DNA of 64,000 nt. Origin: Takakia lepidozioides. Taxonomy: Eukaryota > Plantae > Bryophyta. The position numbers and the translations under genes were made by a program. A model generated the notes under the pieces. That model did no database searches and was not told the DNA's origin. It saw nothing but the letters and a program-made list of their open reading frames with translations. Shown here piece after piece: positions 51,991 to 64,000 of the stretch. Numbering within the stretch: position 1 is the stretch's first letter; every line of letters starts with the position of its first letter. The stretch is taken from contig CM060734.1 of assembly GCA_030704615.1 (NCBI GenBank), forward strand, positions 43,834,001 through 43,898,000. Reading direction: 5' to 3'.

Positions 51991-54900
51991 TAAGTACACC
52001 TGGTTTTGAAAAGAAGTAAAAATGTTGCAAAAGCCCTTTGCGCTACAAATGACTATCTTGTCAAATCAGGTGCCATTAGTTAGGAAAACTGGTTCCAATT
52101 CTCATTATCCAACATGGCCAAATCTGCAATGCTCATCCTTCATATTTTATTCGACGAGGAAAAAAAAACCTCTTGATTGAAGGAGAGCCCAGGTCTTCAA
52201 GTTATAGCATGTTGGGTGACATACACTAGAGGAAAAACGCGGAATAACCACTGGCCCTTTAACCACTACTGTCTTTTTCCACTCTATAAACCACTAGTAA
52301 TCACTTGTCAGTGGTTAATCCCAATGAACTGCCACGGTGGCATCACATACAATGGTTGGAAGTGGTTTCAACCACTCAGTAGTCCACGTATAATAATTTG
52401 TTTTTATTTATTATTATTTATTTGGTAATACATTTTAATTAATAAATATAATATTCCACGTGGACGAGTGCAGTGGTACATTGTGAGTGGTTATAGACAC
52501 CTCAGTGATGGGAAGTGGTTGAACCACTTGTTATTCCACGTGTAATAATTCAAATTTTGGAAATATATTTTAATTCATAAATATAATATTCCACGTGGAC
52601 GGGGACAGTGCACGTTGATCTTGAGTGGTTAAAGACACCTCATTGATTTGTACCACTTTGACAGTGGTGGAGAGTGGGTGGTGAAAGATACTGCAGTAAT
52701 TGGAACCACTATTCTAGTGGTTGCTCATGAGTGGTTGCCTACACAACAGTGATTGATACCACTTTTTGGGTGATACATGAAAAACTTTAAGTGGTTTGTG
52801 CAGCTGTGACAGACTTTGAAAAATAGAAAAGTGGCCAGACCATTGTGGGATGATGCTATTGAACAAATGGTTCCAACAATAAACTTTATTCTGAATCTGA
52901 AACATATTCGTCACCCTCTGAATCACTTTGCTCAATTGGAATAGCGGTTGGTTGCACAAATGTCATTTGAATGGTAGCCAACATAGCCAGGTCTTCTTTA
53001 TTTAGAGCCGTGGGACCATCTAATGACCTAGGTATTGGCTGATCTGATAAGGTAGACGTCGATTGGCACGCCACTCATCACCACACGCCTCTCTGTCTGC
53101 TGTGAACTGTGCCTTCTTTGTTGCATACTTTTTGTCACAAAATGGCAACAAGAATGACACATGTTAGCAATGAAGTATTGCATTGTGATGCCCCAAACTT
53201 TCCTCATCACATGTTTACCTTATTCATCCAAAACAACGATACTCATTCGTAGTATAAATTTTTGGCTTAAAATATCGTTGAACCATTACAAAGATATCAT
53301 AGCCAAGGTTAGTTATGGCTGGTGGCTGCATCATGGCCGTTCAATAGATCTAGGGTTTTGATGTGGTGCCGCGGGCTCAGCCTGACACACCTCGCCACGC
53401 GTCAGGAATGCATGCAGCTAGGGTTTGTATAAAGTGGCGGCCTGACCTTGTGTCAGGCAGCTGATGTACTCTGGTGTATGTAGATGTGGAAAGCTGTCTG
53501 AATGCGATACGTGTGTATGATTTTCTGTCAGTTCGCTCGTTGAGATCCTCCTCTCGCGTGCATGCACGCTCCTCTTGTTCTTCTCCCCGTTGTTTGAAGA
53601 GCACTTGAGAGGATAGGCAGATATTCGTCTTGCTTCTTTTATGGTGGAGGCGCGCCGAGTATTTTCCTTTATCATTTAAACGGCGTGCTTAGGTTAAGAT
53701 TAAGAGCTCCTCGGTGTCTTATAAAGATGGCGGCAGCCCGCCACCCTGCAGTGTATTTGCTTAGTGTTGAGTTCTCTCCATGCTCACTCGTTAATCTTGC
53801 TTATGTTTCAAACTATGGCGTCTCATGTGTCGATTACTAGAAGTGTTGTTAATCGTGAAGGAGAGCGCTTGCATGTAGAGCTTGATCTGGTCATTTCACT
53901 TTCTGCTTCACCTGCTAACCCTCCTTCTTCCAGCACGCCACCTGGCACTCTTGCCTTGCCGGTGTTGCCGGTGCATGGAGATATTGTTGTTGATTCAGGT
54001 CTTGTTGTCCGCTTGAATTCACCTAGTCCTAGTGAAGAAGCTAATCTAGCTGCAGCCGAAGCTTGGTCGCCAAGCACTGCGAGGTCCGGTTCATTGGATA
54101 GCTGTGATCCAGAGTATTACAATTTTGATAACTATCATGATCCATGGCCCGATTACGTCTGTCCCAGAGAGCAAGAGCGAGAAATTGAGAGGGACATAGC
54201 TCGTTCACAGGAGTATGATGCTACAATGTGTAACTTACTTTCTGTTGATCAATTTGGTTTGACAAGATAGAGATTACGGTGCAACGGGACATATCCTACT
54301 TCACTGAGAGTCGAGTTTTGGCGCCCAGACGACCTGACTCTGACCTAGCGGTGATCGCTGCGGACTCTCTCTGTGCGACAAGGCAAGTTGTGGCTTCGAG
54401 GAACGCTGCTCGTCTGTCTCGTGATGTGGTCAAGTCTCGTTTCTTGAATCATCAGGCTCTGTCGTGGAAAGAACTGGGGCTTCATCTTCCCTTATCTATT
54501 GAACGTGTTCACCGTGATTGGCTGGTTTCCTCCTTTGTCGAGCCATCTTGACTGTCGTTAGCTCTTCGAGGTACGGGCTCTCTCGTTCTACATCTTCTTC
54601 ATTTTCATCACAAGCCCAACAAGGGTTTGCCACCATTGATCGACCTGCTTCAAGGACTGTCGTCGGATAGTCTGTTTGGCCGAGCTTCCGACATTGTCAT
54701 TTTGCCAGGGACTTTATTTGACGATCAACGGCTTGTCAGACCTGAGATGCTTGAAAATCTTGATCGCTTTCCTATTGATTCAGTGCTATCTCGCATTTGG
54801 GAGAAGGAGAACTCTACCTGTGTGTCCTTTTGGGTTAAGACCACGAGCACGTGGAAATGGTGGGCGCTCTCCATGCACGATTCTGACTCTCACGACATCA

Positions 54901-55767
54901 CCAAGGTGATCTCCTGTTCGACCTGGCCTTGAATTAAGGACGATCGTGGTATTGCGGGCTGCTGTAGCGGATTGCTACCCATCCCTGCTCGCCGACTTTG
55001 GCTTAATCAGAACTCTTGTTGGTATTCGTTGCTTCCAGGTTATCTCTCTAATATTCCTATATCTTGACATAGTTTAATCAGAACAAAATATTTTCTTGTT
55101 CGTGTTTGGACTCGTTGCTTCCTGTTGTATGGTAAGAAACATTGTTAATACTTGGCTGAGGTCTGGGAGGCAACGTGTTGCGATGGATGCTCCTGATCTG
55201 GCCACAACGGAATCAGCCCCTGTCAAGGTCAGAGAGCCGGGTCTTCCATCACCTACAGGTAATTTGAGGGACAATCCGCGAATGCAACATGGGATGGTAA
55301 GTCTAGATGAGGGATCGCCTCTACCAGAGGCCAGTCTCTCTACCGATTTATCTTGTGAAGATGGTATTGTTTCCCGAGAATTAGATGATATTCAGGTGAC
55401 GCCCGCTGGTCTCACAAAGATAGTGCAATTTGAAGTTCCAGGGGTCACTATGTTGCCTGGCAATGGGCCTGTGGTGCCAAGTGTAGCTGGTACTGGTAAT
55501 TTTGTCACTAACGAGGGCCTGTCCGCAGCTGCTGATCAATCCCACCATGAGTGGAGTGGCTCCAAACCAAACAGCCATGGTCAGTCAACATGTTCAGTCA
55601 AGGCCTGTGTTTCATGCACCTCAGGTGGGCGTGACAACATTACCGCCTAGCCTGCCATCTTTGTCATTTCAAGGTCCCGCTAATGTCATGAGTAACAACT
55701 ATGTCCCGGTTACTAGTGGGGTCCATGCTATGAATACAACCACCAATCAGACTTAGGCTATGGCTCA

Positions 55768-56742
55768 TTGCTGCCCGGCCATGGATCTGCTCAGCCTGGT
55801 CACATGAATCAGAGTCTGCCCTGTCACTTGCTTCCTCAGCTCACTACCCAGCCCTATCCAGAATACACAATGGGAGAAGACTTTGATAGATATCTCCAGA
55901 TGTTTGAAGTGATTGCTAATGTGAATGGAGTGCCTGAGAATTTTAAAATGGCAATTTTTAGAATGAGCATGAAGGGACCAGCCCGTGACTTGTTGCATGC
56001 AGCTGTCATGGATGACTCCCATCTCACTTGGGCATCCCTTGTGGAATGGGCTAAAACCTTGTTCAAACCACTTGAAAGACCCTTGGACTGCTTCACCAAA
56101 TTAAGCTCCAGGACTTACCAGCCAGGAGAATCCTTGTGGAAGTATTACATGGATCTAAAATTTGCTGCTGCAGAAAATGTCATTGATCTAGCAGAACGTG
56201 ATCGAATGGTGAAGACCTACTTTCTCCTTGGCTTGCCCCATGGTATTCAAAATTGGGCCCAATGTCGTCATTTTGTCAATGACAAAACTATGCTAGCTGA
56301 AATTAATCTTAAGATGGTAGACTTAGCTGACAACAAATCAATGCAAACTCATGCCAAGTTTCAAGCTCCAGTGGGCTCCGAGCTTGGCATGGCTGCAACA
56401 TCTTCACCTTATGTCCCGCCTGCTATGCAATGTAAGTCAGATAATTTCATCCTTCAAGGGCTGGCCAACACAGTGGGTAGTCTAAGTGAGTCAGTTGCCA
56501 CTCAGTTCGCTGCCATGCAAGCTCATCAGCAACGATGGCAGCCTAGACAGCCACACGCACAGACAGGTGGTAGCAACAGAGGTCGTACCCAAACTGGTCA
56601 GGCCTATGAAGGCAACCGAGCCGCATGCTACATATGTGGGTCTTCTAAACATTGGACCAAGCACTGCCCTGATAGAGCAGGCCTACCAGAGCTGCTTAAA
56701 AACAAAAAGGCTGCCAGTGGTTCCAACCCTCCTTTAAACTAG
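55768..56742 (+). CDS. gag of element C
   Basis: FDRYLQMFE...KGPAR...YQPGESL..Y; Zn knuckle CYICGSSKHWTKHC. Confidence 0.85.
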   Translation: MLPGHGSAQPGHMNQSLPCHLLPQLTTQPYPEYTMGEDFDRYLQMFEVIANVNGVPENFKMAIFRMSMKGPARDLLHAAVMDDSHLTWASLVEWAKTLFKPLERPLDCFTKLSSRTYQPGESLWKYYMDLKFAAAENVIDLAERDRMVKTYFLLGLPHGIQNWAQCRHFVNDKTMLAEINLKMVDLADNKSMQTHAKFQAPVGSELGMAATSSPYVPPAMQCKSDNFILQGLANTVGSLSESVATQFAAMQAHQQRWQPRQPHAQTGGSNRGRTQTGQAYEGNRAACYICGSSKHWTKHCPDRAGLPELLKNKKAASGSNPPLN

Positions 56743-56842
56743 ACAGACCTCTTGGGAAGGGGGCAAGAGGTCCACTAGTCACCAACCCTTCCTCTCTCAT
56801 TCCTTTGCAAGCTGAGTTGTCTACTAATTTCAGAGCTTTGCA

Positions 56843-59800
56843 TTGTGTCCTCTATGCAGGCAGACCTCAGGACAACAGATCAGCCTTCTTATGGCCCAAT
56901 GCCATATTCACGAGTTGAGTTTCCCTTGTGTAATCGACACGGGTTGCACCATATCTGCTATGCCTCTAAGTATTGTGAGAGTTCTTGGTCTTAAGTTATG
57001 CCCTGCCTCTGGTGTTGAAGTACTAATTGCGGATGGGTCCAGATATGAGCCTCTAGGTTTGGTCAGTGTGCCTATCAAGATTCACAGGAAGGAGGTCGTG
57101 GTTATATGTATAGTCACTATAGGCGATCAATTCTTGCTAGGCCTTGATTGGATGACTGGAGCTGGTGCAACCATCAGTCTGGCCGATTACTCCCTCCGAT
57201 TTAACAATGGAGAGGGCCATGAGGTCGTTGTTCCATTGAAGGCTGTGAAACTTAGAGCTAGATCTGCCACAGCCAATCTATCCAGAGTTCAGGCAATGGT
57301 GAAAGAGGTACAACAGAACTCTCACTCCAGCCTCAATTGGAATGATTTTTACAAACTTCAGCCTGATCTGCAACTCTTATATCAATGGCATGTTCCTAGT
57401 GCTGATGGTAGAACAGGGATGCCTATAGCTGTCCCAAAAAATTCTACTCTGATTCGTGCACCCTACCATCCCTGCTATGACCCAGAAAGTAATCAAGTCT
57501 GGTCTGGCCTTTTTGTGCCCAACTGCTCATTTCCTTGAAGTAGAAGGTTGGCGCAGACTCACTGCTCTCAAGCATTGCTTGGTGGCTACTGGGGTTATAG
57601 ATAGAGGATATAGGCAGGAGGTCAAAGTGTTAATTGCTAATCCGGAGTGCTTTCCTGTGACCATTAAGAAAGGGCAGGTCTTGGCTCGAATCACTACCTT
57701 GTCCATTGCTGAAATCCAAGAAGTGCAAGTTGGCTTTGGGCTGGAGGCCATTAGCATTCAACACGGCCCTGTGGATGGTGTTGCTGCCTTTGCTGCTCTA
57801 GCACCACCACCTCTCCCTGATCTCAGTCCTGCAGGTAAGAAGGCTCTTACCAAAGTGTTGTCTGAACTTACATTAGGAAGTACCCTCTCCCCTGGCCAAA
57901 ATAAAAGAGTAGAACTGCTTGTTGCAAAAAATCTCGATATTTTCAGCTTGGGATCTACTGATCTGGGGCGTACTCCCATCCTTCAACATGACATCGTCAC
58001 TGAGGGACCTCCTATTAAACAATTTGTGTACCGAGAAAGTATTAAGGAACGTGCCATCGTCCAGGAGGAAGTCCAAAAGATGCTTGATGTTGGTGTGATT
58101 AAGCCATCAATCTCCCCTTGGGCCAGTCCCATTGTCCTGGTTGGTAAGAAAGATGGCACTAATGAATGACATCACTAAGAAGGATGCCTACCCTCTACCC
58201 AGGATCAATGAAACCTTAGATCAATTGCATGGTGCTACCATTTTCTCCTCTCTTGACCTTGCATCTGGTTTTTGGCAAGTTCCTCTCACTGAAGCAGCCA
58301 AGGAAAAGACTTCCTTTGTGTGTCGCATGGGCAAGTACCAATACGAAACCATGCCCTTTGGCTTATGTAATGCTACCTCTACCTTCCAACGCCTCATGGA
58401 CATTGTCTTAGGTAATCTTCGCTGGGAATGTGCCTTGATTTATGTTGATGATATCAATGTATACTCAGCCAACTTTGATGCACACTTGACTGATCTGCAG
58501 CGTGTTTTCAGCAAATTACAAACTGCAGGACTCAAGGTAAAACCCAAAAAGTGTGAGTTGTTTATGCCTGAGTTACACTTTCTTGGGCATATTCTGTCCA
58601 AGGATGATTTGCTTCCTGATCCTGCCAAGCTTGAGTCTGCTTGGGGCTTTCCTATTCCCAGGGACAAACACTTCATCAAATCCTTCCTTGGTCTGGCCTC
58701 CTATTACAGGCACTTCATAAAGAACTTTGCACAACTTGCCCACCCTCTGACCAAGGTATTGTGCAAGGATGCCAGGTTTGAATGGAGCTTCTCCCAGCAA
58801 GCAGCCTTTGACACTCTTCACAAGGCCTTATGTTCAGCTCCCATCCTGATGTTTCCCAACTTTGAATTACCTTTTCTGCTTCAGACTGATGCATCCGATG
58901 TTGCTATTTCTGCAATCTTATGTCAAGTTGTAGAAGGTAAGGAGCATGTGATAGCTTATGCATCTCGCCGCCTAGATCGTCATGAAAGGAATTATTCCAT
59001 ATCTGATAAGGAAGGTCTGGCCCTGGTCTGCGGTGTGAAGCATTTTAGGCAATATTTACATGGCAGCCGGTTTGTGGTGGAGACTGATCACCTTCTACTC
59101 AAGGCTCTTGTCAAGCCCAGGGAACTTCATGGTAGACTTGCTAGATGGGCTATGTTCCTACAAGAATTTAACATGGATATCATCTATAAGAAAGGAAAGG
59201 AAAACACAAATGCTGATGCACTCACGCGGGTTGATCCTCCTGTCAGCAGGCCTATGCTCACCTTGGATGACATTGCTGCTGCTGATGCAGCCCCTCCTCC
59301 TGATCCAGCTCCGCTTCTCAATCTCCTTTGTGCAGATCAGCACCCCTTGACCTTGGATTCGGATGGCATCTTGGCTGCTTGGGGCTGGTCTAGCCTTCTT
59401 GATGATCCTGGTTGATTTATTCATGTGTTAGCATGTGTGGTGGATTTTATCGCTTAGGGGGAATTTGGATGGTTTGGTGGAAGTTCCTCGTTTTGTTCCC
59501 GCTCTTCTCTTTCCTTGGCCCCGAGTTTGTTGTGATTCGGCTGCTGCACTCCGGTGTGACTATTGGCTTGAACTTCAAGGCCTGATTTGGCTGTCCATGA
59601 GTAGTAACAAATGAGGTGAAGGTATCCCTGGCTGGAGATCATAGGTGCAGGCACTCCAGACCACCTTCTCTAAAGCCCATTGTCTACCTCTTATGTGCAG
59701 TGTAGTCATGGATGATCAGCTACATGCTGCGCTACTCCAGCGATGCCAATCAGGGCGTTCGCCAGCTGGCCTTTCCGAGTCCTTGCGCAAGCAAATTCTT

Positions 59801-60780
59801 TATCATGTGTCTACTCACCGCTTCATGGGTGATAAGCTTTTCAAGGAGCTCACTAGAGGGGGAGTGCCATGCTATTTGGAGGTGCCACCACGGAGCCAGC
59901 TGAATGCTTTATTGGAGCGTTTTCATTGTTCCTTGTATGCAGGTCACCTTGGTATCAAGAAGACCGTGGCCCGCATCCAAGAGGTTTACTATTGGCTGGG
60001 AATTCACCGGGATGTCACGGAGTTTATCTCTAAGTGTGAAGGTTGTCGTGTTAACATTGCTCTCCCTAGGGCCTGAATTTTGTATGAGCTACAGCCTTTG
60101 CCTGTTACACATGCTTTTGCTCGTGTTGGCATTGATTTGGTAGGACCCCTCGCACTCACATCAAAGGGTTGAAGCTATCTTTGTGTAGCTACCGACTACT
60201 TGACTAAGTGGGTAGAAGTCAGGCCTTTGCGTACCAAGACTAGTGATGCTGTAGCTCAATTATTCTTCAATGAGATCCTTATGCGGCATGGGTGTCCTCG
60301 GGAGATACTAATGGATCAGGGCAAGGAGTTTTGTAACCAGCTCCTCACAGTGGTGTGCTTCAACTTTGGTCTCAAACATTCCACCACAGCCCCCTACCAT
60401 CCCCAGACCAATAGCCTTAAGGAACGCTTCAACCAAACTCTTTGCCGCATGTTGGAGAATAATGGCGCATTTACCAGGGAGTGGGATACCTTTCTTCCCC
60501 CTATTCTCTTTATCGCACCACCGTGCATGCTAGCACTAAGAAAACTCCTTTGAGTTGTTGTATGGTCGCAAGTGTGTTTCTCCTTTGCATTCTACCCCTC
60601 TTATTTCTACTGTAGCTGAGCAAGTTGATCTTGAGACCTTTGTTGAGGATCTTCATGCTCGGCATGCGGTGTCCATCCATGATGCCAAGATAAACATTGG
60701 TAAGGCTAAGCTCACCCAAGCCCGTAATTTTAACAAGCGTGTCAAGTATTCTAACCTTTTTTAGGTGGGACAGACCGTGT
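56843..60780 (+). pseudogene. pol of element C: PR-dUTPase-like-RT-RH-IN
   Basis: VIDTGC..LLGLDW; GVIDRGYRQEVKVLIAN..IKKGQVLAR; SPWASP, LDLASGFWQ, MPFGL, YVDD; TDAS, ADALTR; H..AGH..CEGC, MDQG, YHPQTN; frameshifts. Confidence 0.9.
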
Positions 60781-61970
60781 GCATTCGGCTGCAGCATGGT
60801 AAGCATGCATGCAAATCTAAGCTTAAGATCGACGGTCCATACTTGATCTATGAGCTTTTACGTGGGCGACGTGCTCTCCTTCTTCCACAGGGGTTCAATG
60901 TACACGCGCATGATGAACCTGTTTCTCTCACGGATCTGGTGCATTCAGAGCTGGTCTTTGATCTTACATGCATCAATGTGGAGGGACGTACGGTGGGATG
61001 ATGTCTTGATCTTCTTCAGCTTGGCTTATTCGGCGGATTAGTGTTAGCTTGCGGATTTGGCACTTTACGGCTTTTTCGGCCTTTCTAGCCTTTTTCTAGC
61101 TCTTGATGCATTTGTAGACCTATGATATGTCACCACGTGTACTCCCTGCATGGTTTTCCTAGCCAAAGGTTTTGTCCTCGGCCCAATTTGCAGGTGCCAG
61201 GTTTTCCTTTGGTAGGTTTTTCACCCAGCAGTGGAGGGTGATTATATCCCAAACATTTACTTATTATTTCTTATATTGTGCTTCACGGAGCTCAGGATTT
61301 TTCGTGGGGGGTAGGCTTCACAGATGTGGTGCCCCAAACTTTCCTCATCACAAGTTTACCTTATTCATCCAAAGTAGCGATACTCATTCGTAGTATAAAT
61401 TTTTGGCTTAAAATACCGTTGAACCGTTACAAAGATATCATAGCCAGGGTTAGTTATGGCTGGTGGCTGCATCACGACCGTTCAATAGATCTAGGGTTTT
61501 GATGTGGCGCCGCGGGCTCAGCCTGACACACCTCGCCACGCGTCAGGAATGCATGCAGCTAGGGTTTACGTGTGTATGATTTTCTGTCAATTCGCTTGTT
61601 GAGATCCTCCTCTCGCGTGCATGCACGCTCCTCTTGTTCTTCCCCCCGTTGTTTGAAGAGCACTTGAGAGGATAAGCAGATATTCGTCCTGTTTCTTTGA
61701 AGGCTTCACAACATTACTTAGCAAAAATACCTAGCATGAATGATACTTTGAAAACCACTGTTTCAAACCACTGGAGGAGTGAGCAGAATGACTTGTAAAT
61801 GAACATGCTCTTCCAACAAGTCACTCACTCAGATATTCCGTTACTACAGTATTGGTTATAATCAGGATGAACCACTGACATTTGTGACTTTGTGGGTGGT
61901 TTGATTACACTGGTGACAGTCAGAATTGAAATTGAACTTGATATGAATAAGGTGCAATGAAAAGAAGTAC

Positions 61971-62324
61971 TCACTGCATCCAAGGAGCCATGACATTGGT
62001 ATTGTTCAGCACATACAAAATTTGTGCTGCATCTCTCCTAACTCCAGTCATGTCCCGCTTTTTGCCGACACCTTCGAAGACCTCATCCTCAACCCCTTCC
62101 TCCGCATTTGCATCCCAAGTCCGCCGTTGAGTTGTATCAAATGATTGCATATACTCAGTCATGAACCCCATGGCCTCATCCAGAACATACCCTGCAACCG
62201 TACTCCCTTCTGGCTTTGCGTAATTCCTAACGTATCCCTTAAGATCTTTCATGTAACGTTCCATGGGATACATCCACCGTGAAGACACCGGATGAATAGT
62301 TTTGTTTATCTCCATGGAATACAT
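61971..62324 (-). pseudogene. CACTA TnpD transposase fragment (DUF4218-like)
   Basis: PVSSRWMYPMERYMKDLKGYVRNYAKPEGS...GY..DE. Confidence 0.9.
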
Positions 62325-62399
62325 CTATGTGCTCACTTGTAACCACTAAAATGAATTAAAAATAAATAAATCAAAGTGCAAAAGATTTAAAAAAAGCAC

Positions 62400-62780
62400 A
62401 TCGGCTGGTAAGTGCAGAGTGTGTCGCCCTGGTGGTTCAGGGTTCAAACCCGCTGTATTACCCCATGTGTGGGATTGTTTGTGGCGACGGTATGTCTGGG
62501 CGTTGATCCTCCTGTAGGTCTCATGGCCCATAAATGAAAGGGGGTTAATTTTTCCCCCTCCTCAAGGGCCTGAGGTTTCCTTTAAAATTTATTAAAAAAA
62601 ACAAAAAGTTGCTTATAGGGTTTGTAAAAAGGTTAAAAAACTTTAAAAGTTGCCCATCTATGTACAATATATATATACTTTTGGGGGGAAATTTTAAATG
62701 TGTGCATGTAGCGTACTGGTAAGGGCTCATCCTGCGTGTCGCGGGGTCGCGGGTTCAAACTCCTCGCGTTGTTTTTTTCC
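62400..62780 (+). mobile_element. Degenerate SINE-like / tRNA-like elements
   Basis: B-box GGTTCAAAC at ~62441 and ~62752; 3' similarity to the SINE at 47029. Confidence 0.4.
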
Positions 62781-63464
62781 CCCTCATGCACTAAGCCCCA
62801 CTAAGCCCTATCGTTGCTGTGCACACTAAGTCCTCGTGCAGGTTGGTCTTAGCAGGTCGCGTTTCAATCTCTGCTCGCTCAGCTGCACCGTGGTGGTTCT
62901 CATGGACAATCCGATATTACCTGACTACAGACACAAGGAGCACACACACGAGGTCCGTTTGGGTTCATGGTCTGTCAAATCCTCCATGGGTCATGACACA
63001 AGGTCGACGACAATGTGGTTAGGGCACCTTCTTCTTCGACCTATTTCAGCTTGTTTTGCCCTCTCATCAGACTCGGCCCTGAAATTGCAGCACGGAGCAG
63101 ATCTCGCATGAGTTTTTTACAGATCCTTCATGATGGTGGGACAATCGCAATCGCAAGGTGTGGCTTTTTCTTAATGTAGGATGTGAAGAAGTTTGTCCAT
63201 CCTGCAAATGTGGGCTTTTGGCTCCTGTTAGTACCATGATTTGGTATTCTTCCTGATGTTTACAAGGTTCTTGGGAGAGTCAGCTTGGTCTTAGCAGGAA
63301 CTGTCTCAATCTCTGGTCGCTTAGCTGCACCATGGTGGTTCTCATGGACCAATGCGATGTTTTTTTTTTCCCCTCAAGCACTAAGCCCCACTAAGCCCTA
63401 TCGCTGCTGCGCACTTAAGTCCTCGCTGATGTTTACAAGGTTCTTGGGAGAGTCAGTTTGGTCT

Positions 63465-64000
63465 AGAGTATGCACGGCAAGGATGTGGGATGGAGGCTTT
63501 GGAGACCTATGAGCAAATGATGGGGAAAGCACATCGTGTTTGTGTGCATTTGCAATGCTTGTGCAAGCCTGACAGCCCTGGAGCAGGGCAAGAGGTGCAT
63601 GGGGATATCATCAAAGTTGGAATTGTGCCAAATGTCAATCTGAACACTGCCCTGGCAGCTTTGGAAAAGGGGAAAGAGGTCCATGGCGTCATCTTCAGAA
63701 CTGGAATTGTATCAGATGTCATTCTGAACAATACCCTGGTGAACATGTTTGCAAAATATGGGTGCATCTAGGATGCAAAGGGAGTGTTTGACACTATGGC
63801 TGAACGAGATGTGGTGTCGTGGAGTGCGATGCTTGCAGGGTATGCACGGCAGGGATGTGGGATGAAGGCTTTGGAGAGCTATGAGCAGATGATGGGGGAA
63901 GCACATCATGTTTGTGTGCGTTTGCAATGTGAGTGCAAGCCTGGCAGCTTTGGAAATGGGGAAAGAGGTGCATGGCGACATCTTCAGAGCTGGAATTGTA
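63465..64000 (+). pseudogene. PLS-class PPR gene fragments, internally duplicated, running off the window
   Basis: GKEVHGVIFRTGIVSDVILNNTLVNMFAKYGCI*DAKGVFDTMAERDVVSWSAMLAGYARQG. Confidence 0.9.

Larger units (their letters stand above)
53184..61710 (+). mobile_element. Gypsy LTR retrotransposon 'C' with a dUTPase-like domain (LTRs 53184-~53640 and 61325-61710)
   Basis: Direct repeats starting TGTG.TGCCCC; 3' LTR ends CTTCACA; PBS-like TGGTGGAG at 53642; G-run PPT near 61305; flanks GCAT/ACAT. Confidence 0.92.
52224..62330 (-). mobile_element. CACTA/EnSpm remnant interrupted by Gypsy element C
   Basis: CACTAGAGGAAAAA terminus at 52224; many AACCACT/AGTGGTT subterminal repeats; TnpD-like fragment at 61971-62324; second terminus not found. 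Confidence 0.75.

Overview
Eukaryotic, transposon-dense window, most likely from a seed-free land plant (inferred from an STP13-like sugar transporter, PLS-class PPR fragments, spliceosomal introns and the element types; the species cannot be determined). There is no intact host gene: almost everything is nested, decayed mobile DNA. Main contents: (1) A ~14.2-kb cargo-carrying hAT transposon (transposase, RING-finger gene, protein kinase, palindrome arrays, ~120-bp repeat field), now in two oppositely oriented halves (14370-22224 and 45603-51982). Its 8-bp target-site copies are reverse complements of each other, which points to a >=31-kb inversion. (2) A Mutator-like (GCM/WRKY-type Zn finger, DDE, SWIM) transposase in three pieces. 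Its N-terminal piece lies head-to-head with a 10-exon gene for a ParB/Srx-like domain fused to a prokaryote-type beta-class amino (N6A/N4C) DNA methyltransferase. (3) A Gypsy retrotransposon with a C5 DNA methyltransferase between protease and RT, and a PHD finger after integrase. (4) A second Gypsy with a dUTPase-like domain, inserted in a CACTA remnant. (5) A non-autonomous Athila-like LTR element, SINE-like elements, and tandem STP13-like and PPR pseudogene fragments. All calls come from reading motifs by eye; no searches were run.
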